Origin: Amoebidium appalachense
Lineage: Eukaryota; Protista; Ichthyosporea
DNA length: 64,000 bases
Assembly: GCA_963693365.1 (NCBI GenBank)
Contig: CAVNZM010000002.1
Coordinates: 12,642,328 to 12,706,327 of the forward strand
Direction of reading: 5' to 3'
Shown here: positions 57,782 through 64,000 of the stretch, piece after piece
Layout of the letters: every line of letters begins with the position of its first letter
Numbering within the stretch: the stretch's first letter is position 1
Position numbers and translations under genes: made by a program
The notes under the pieces: model-generated
Told to the model about the DNA's origin: nothing
The model's input: the letters and a program-made list of their open reading frames with translations, nothing else
Databases searched by the model: none

Positions 57782-59527
57782 AACGAAAACGGCAGTGTAT
57801 TCGCAACAAAACAGAAGGAAAACGGCATCACCACGGCGCTTCCGCGAGTGAAAATCGTCGATTTCGGTCTTGCAAAGCACACGGGCGACAACGGGGCAGT
57901 TCAAGTCTCGTGCGGGCCTACCAGAACCGCGCTCATGAGCCCGGAGGAGGTCAGAGCGTGTGCCGATAAACGTGCAAAAACGGTGGACGGGCGCAAGTGC
58001 GACGTGTGGAAGTTTGGTTTGTGCGCGGTCAGCCTTCTCTACATGGTTCAGAAAGACTTTACTGTTCCTGGGGGAAACTACGTGCCGTTCCCTTTTGACG
58101 TGAACGCGCCCAAGTGTAACCCTATGTTCGGTTTCCCGTTTCCGGCGCATTTCGACGATGAGGAGAGAATGGTGGAGATGATTGCGAGCTGTTGTGGATT
58201 ATCGATGGAGGAGGGGGAGGGGGGATATGGGGAAGGGGGATACGGGGGAGAATGAGCGGGTGTTTGATATGTTTCGGGGTGTGTTTGAGGTGATGCCAAA
58301 GTTTCGGCATGGTATGAGGGAGGTGGAAGAGGCGATTGGGTGGATTCTGGACAGTGTGGGTGAGGATGGTGGGGAGGATCCGAATTTGGAGCTGCCTTTT
58401 CCTAGTGGCGAATCGACCCGATTTGATGAAGTGGGGTTCAACGTAAACGGTGGGAAAGCTGGAAGAGGTGCCAAGAAGAAGGAGGAGTGGGGAGGAAGAG
58501 AGACAGGGGGAAAGGCGAACGGAGTGGAGGAAGAGAGTGAACTGGGGGAAGAGGATATGGAAATTGAGGAAGAGGGAGAGGATGAGGAGGAGCAAGGAGA
58601 GGTGAAGGACGAAAGCAAAGGGGAAATGAAGGTGAAAGAGGGTGGAAGGCCTAGGGTCGAAAAGGGAGACGGAGAGGTGAAAGGAGAAGGAGATGGGGTT
58701 GAATGGGAAGGAATGTCTTTGATGATGCATGCTGTTGGTGTAATGAAAGGTGGTCGGACCGAGCTCGAGGGACAAAACTGGAAGGAAGAAAAAGAAAAGG
58801 GTGGGCAGATGAAAGGAGAAAAGGAGCAAGACGCGGAAAAAAAAGAGAAGAAGGAAGAGACACAAGAGTTCAAGTATGTTCCTGTGTATCTTGGGTACCG
58901 CAAAAAGAGAACAAAGCCCCCAGGCGGAATCCGTAGCGACGGGTGCCTATGGGTTGGACGGAACGTGGGTTTCCCGTTTGAGGAGTGGCATTGGGATTTT
59001 TCAAGCAACAATGTTCACAACAAACAGGGGGAGGAGGAGAAAGAACGTGGTTTCTTCCTTGGATCCTTAAAAAACAAAGAAACCGGAGAAAACGGGGAAA
59101 ACGGAGGGGGAAGGGACAAGAGCAGTGGATTTGGGGTCGAGAACTTGCTAGGGAGTACAGAAACGTCAGGGAGGAAGAGGTGTTTGAGCGAGTGCGACCC
59201 AGGGGATGCACCAATGAAAAGAAGGAAGCTCAGGCGGCAGTGGCTTCGGGAGGAGGAAAAAGGAGAAAATAAGGGGTTGGAGTTGACAACGGAAAATCCC
59301 TCCGTTAACGTTCTTACTGTGACAGAAACTGTTACTTCAGGGGGTGAAAACGGAAACGTGGGTACTGGTGTGAATGCGAAAGGGGAGAAAGGGGTGAGTG
59401 GTGAAACTGGGAATGGGGGTAGTGGTGGTGGTGCTGGTGTCGGCGTGGGTGGTGGGGATGGTGATGGGATGTATGTGGCGGATGATGTCTGCATGGATTA
59501 CTTTACAAAGATGGTTGGTGTTGGTTA

Positions 59528-59528
<1 letters not shown>
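55517..59528 (+). CDS. Divergent protein kinase-fold protein (probable pseudokinase) with an acidic, low-complexity tail; exons ~55517-55544 (tentative), 55771-56177, 57506-~59523/59528; frameshift at ~58210-58250
   Basis: Kinase subdomain motifs ELR...[47 protein letters not shown] and KCDVWKFG. After the frameshift comes [13 protein letters not shown], which resembles subdomain XI. Confidence 0.75.
57737..57790 (+). repeat. Coding (GAAAAC)n repeat giving an (EN)n insert between the catalytic loop and DFG
   Basis: Visible directly and in frame. Confidence 0.9.
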
Positions 59529-59558
<30 letters not shown>

Positions 59559-59662
59559 TCACCCGAGTACAGTAAGATGGGATTGCTAACTAGCACCCCC
59601 TTAACCCCCCCCCCCCCCCCCTTCCTCTCCCCCCCCCCCCCTCACCCACACACACACACACG

Positions 59663-59751
<89 letters not shown>

Positions 59752-60074
59752 AACGCAAATGCACACGCACACGCACACCCGTTATCACTCCCTCCCTCCC
59801 CTCCCTCCCTCCCCCCCCCCCCCCCCCAAAAAAAAAAAAAAAAAAAAAGAAAGAAAGAAAGAAAAGAAAAGAAGAAGAAAACACAGACACACACTCACAT
59901 GCACACGCACACCCTCTTCTCACTCCCCCGGTCCCCCCCCCCCCCCCCCCCCTCCCCCCATTTTTCATCTTTTCTACCCGTCTCCTGCCCTGCCTGCACA
60001 ATTCTCTGGCCCCGCTGCTCGTTACAAATCTGGATTTGATATCCCAAACACATTGCTGATATTGTTCTTCTCAG

Positions 60075-61815
60075 CCGTATTTTCCCCCCTGAATTCTGTG
60101 TTGCAAAACTGCGACATTTTTCACTTTTGGCTTAAACTCTTCGGTAAGCCTTGAAGTGGTTTGTGGTGGTACATTTCATGTAACGTGTAATCCTTTTTTT
60201 CCAAACAAAAACCAAAAGGCAAGGCAGGAAAGGTGGGTGGGATAGACCACTGATTGGGACTGGGGAGGGGGGGGGGGAGGGGGGGGAAGGGGGGTTGGGG
60301 TGGGGGGGGGGGGGGGAGGGAGGTTGGGGGGGGGGGTGTGTGTGTGGGGGGGGGGGGGGGGGGGGGGGGAAGGGGGGAGGGGGGGCCAGTTGTGGATTGC
60401 ATGTTCTCAGTTTGAATGGTGTAGTGACATGATGGAATAAGATAGAGAGGGAGTGCAAGGGGTAGGGTTTGATATAACGTGACAGTGGCCGTCAACTCCT
60501 TTATTTGAGCCACCTACATACATGGAGAAGAAGGGAGAGGTGTCCGAAAAACGAGGGAGGGGAGATGGGGGGAGGGGGGGGAGGAGAGAGATACAGAGTG
60601 AGAGCGGGTCGCCGGGGAAGGGGGGAGGGGCGGGGAGGGAGGAGGATAGATAACTCAGGGGCGGAGTAATGGGAGGGATTCGTATCTCGTACCTGTGGCT
60701 GCTGGAAGTTTGCCTTACCAACATACTGACAGGTGCCCCCTCCTACCACCACACCAGACTATGGTGACAGACGTAGCCGAGTGGTGCCGCATCACCACAT
60801 CAAAGGCAAACATCTACGCCCAGCCCCACACAAACGGAACAATATCCTTCTCCCTCATGAACGCCCATTTCATCGACCCACAAAAAATGAACGACATCGC
60901 AAACAGAGTCCTTTTTCACTTGCAAAACAACAACGGGAGGTGGAGGGACGTCGCACTTATGCTCTACCCGTGTTCGTTTACGCAACAGGCGAAAAACATG
61001 GCGTGGGCGACATATGTTCGTAGTTACAACAACATAACGGGGAGGTTGGAGTGTGTTGTAAGAATGCAAACGAGGGGTATCGATGGGAGTTGGGTGCCCC
61101 TTTTGCCTGAGTTCTTCTCTGGACCAAACCTTGCCGTTGCTCTCGCCGCTGCGGAATCGAGCGTTCCCAACTACTATCAGATTAGTCAGACGCTGAGGAA
61201 TCCTGGTATGTGATATGATGACTATGTGTTGGGCTTTTTTTCTTCTCTTTCTTTTTTTTCCTTTTTTTTTTTTTTTCCTTTTGGTTGCGGAGGGGGGGAA
61301 GGGGGGGCTCTAAAAAGGAAAGCCCCAATATACCTTTGCCCCTCCCTCTCCCCCCCCTCCCCCTCCATCCCCCCCGCCCCCCCCCAATGCCTGCCCTCTC
61401 TCAGACTGTTCTCCTTCCTTTTCATCTCTGTGGTTATGCCTCACGATGTGTTTCGGTCTACCCTTCCCTTCTCAATGGGTTGATGTTTGCCATACAAGTA
61501 CACAAATGCAATGGCTTCGAGTGTAATGTGTAGTGGAATGTTTTAACAGACACCCCCATCAGCCACACCCCATACATATAATCACCCTCACCCTCCTCTT
61601 CACATGTCCACATACACACACACACAATCCGGGGGGAAGGTGTGGCCCGTTTTCAGCTGAAAGCATACCCGTCGTTCCCTCCCCCCGCACTCCCCCGCCT
61701 GCCCCCTCTCCCCCCAAACCAAACACACACACACCCAGCTCCCCCCCCCCCACACCCTTCCCACCCCTAACCATCAACTCTCCATCATCAGCTTCTTTCC
61801 CCTTTAGCTCTCAAC

Positions 61816-61849
<34 letters not shown>

Positions 61850-62910
61850 CCCCTCCCCTCTCCCCCCCTTCGCTTCCTTCCATGTGCTTTCCCTTTTGAC
61901 CCATCCACCATTGACACTAGACCTCATCTGCCTACCCACCGGTCTATCCCCCCTCCCCCCTCCCCTCCCCCCCCTCCCCCCCCCCCCCCCACACACACAC
62001 CCCTTCCCCCCTCTTCCACACACAAACACATGAGAGCATACACCCACATTTACATTGCCATGAACACAAACACCGGCACAATCACATACACACCCAAACA
62101 AAAACAAACACACTCACATATGCAGAAAAAAAGGAACATGAGTTCACACATACATACACGCACACACAAAGACACACACAGACACACACACGCACACACA
62201 CATACACACACACACATACACACACACACGCACACACACACGCACGCAGGCACATGCACACCCACACGCACACAGGCACACACCCACACACACACACCCA
62301 CACACACACACCAACACACACCCTACACACACGCACATGCGCACACACGCACACATGCACATACACACACAGTGTGCCACCTGTCCAACACCCACAAGCG
62401 CAACATCCCTGGGCCCGACATCAGTGGCGTCTCCCTAGACCCAGCCCACTACCCTTTCTTTTTGGGCGTCTCCAAAGCCATCAACCCAATCCGCGCCAAC
62501 ACCTTCGAAATGCACTTTCAAACCCCCCTCCACCTTTCATTTTCCATCGAAAAGATCCCCCCGAATTCATCATTTTCATCCGATCCCCCCACCAGCATTC
62601 TCGACGTCGCCACCACCATGTACCGATTCCTGTCCACCGACGACCTAGCCGCAGAACTATCCCAAAAAGAGGGACCCATTCAAGAACTTGAACATTTGGC
62701 CGCGAAATTTCAGGGAACTTTCAAGCGGGGAGTGGTGTGGGTGGGGTGCATTCCGGACCGGTTGATGAAATTGGTGGGGGTAATTATGACAAAGTGTGAG
62801 TCGCTACTAAACTACGGCCCGTTCATTGCCAGTGCACGTGCTCTTGCTATGGTTCCCCCCGGTGATGCCCTACCGGCCGAGCGAACTACATTTTCACGAC
62901 TGCCTCTCAG
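60075..62910 (+). CDS. Further coding exons of unknown function (60075-60143 tentative, 60733-61205, 62373-62910); either the C-terminal part of the kinase gene or a separate gene from ATG 60761; continues beyond 62910
   Basis: Complex-sequence open frames bounded by AG and GTATGT. The 61205/62373 junction is phase-compatible (...[14 protein letters not shown]...). Confidence 0.65.
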
Positions 62911-63228
62911 GTATGTTCATTATATGTACTATACAACATTCCACCTCCTCCCCTCCCCCCCCCCCCCCTTTGCATCTCCTCCCCCCCCCCCCCCCTCCAC
63001 ACACACACACACTCACATACACACACACAACCACCACCAACGGGCAAAGCCCTGACATATATGTTGACCCCCCCCCCCCCCCCCCCCCCCCCCGTTTTGG
63101 TGTACACTCGTCAGACATGTGTCTCTGCATAAGCAGTACCACCACCCACACATCAATGTACCCATCTACGTTATCCTTGGCCTTATCATTCCAAATATTG
63201 TAGCCTATCAACCCATATGTCCCCCCCC

Positions 63229-63275
<47 letters not shown>

Positions 63276-63419
63276 ACGCATGTCCCCGTATCCCACCACC
63301 ACTACTTCGAACTTCCATCCACCCACCCCTACAAGCACAAACCCTCAACCACGCCCTCGATTTCCATGTTTTCCAACTGAATTTTTTGGCTACCGCCCCT
63401 TTCCAGATGCCCTAATCGA

Positions 63420-63478
<59 letters not shown>

Positions 63479-63611
63479 ACACGCACGCACCGCCACCATC
63501 ACCCCCACCCTTTCTACACCTACACTATCATCACCACCACCGCCACTGTCCCTCTCCCCTGCCTCCCCAAATGCCTCTCTACTCTTTCCTCTTTTTCCAT
63601 TTAGAACCCAT

Positions 63612-63653
<42 letters not shown>

Positions 63654-63888
63654 ATTCCCCCCCCCCCCCCCCCCCTCCCCCCGGTAAGTTCATTGCACGG
63701 ATCTCGTTCTCCCTCTCCGCACCCATTGCCTTCGATAAGCTTCTTGCATCCTTCAACAACCTCCAAACTCTACATTACATCCCCCCCCCCCTCCCCCCCC
63801 CCTCCCCCACCGACCCCTCAAAACACAACACTGCTGCCACCACAACCACGACCACTACCACCACCGCCACCCACCATACCGTATCGAG

Positions 63889-63924
<36 letters not shown>

Positions 63925-64000
63925 CCTCACCAAGCCTTTCTCCTCACCTAGTGACCTTTTTCGACGTGTCTAGATGGTCATCCTGGCCCCCCCTCCCCCT

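Overview
This is a eukaryotic genomic window using the standard code. It has spliceosomal GT-AG introns packed with poly-C/poly-G tracts and (CA)n/(GT)n/(CT)n microsatellites, so most ORFs in the supplied track are repeat artefacts. Hand-assembled genes: a 12-exon ERMARD (C6orf70/DUF4209) homologue, an intronless atypical bZIP factor, a 6-exon secreted and probably GPI-anchored Agd3-like (CE18) polysaccharide deacetylase, an intronless multi-pass membrane protein, a 10-exon exocyst subunit Sec10/EXOC5, and a degenerate protein kinase with further downstream exons. The gene set suggests a non-dikaryan opisthokont or other protist (inference only). The most interesting signal is a small non-coding mobile family: five copies in two subfamilies. 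All copies end at ...GCATTCAAA directly against a poly-C tract and are 5'-truncated, and one forms a pseudo-LTR partial tandem. The two longest copies share a ~160-nt RNA fold with compensatory base changes and a putative pseudoknot that matches no ribozyme I recognise. Several single-base frameshifts in homopolymers indicate imperfect consensus accuracy. All family assignments are from remembered motifs, not database searches.
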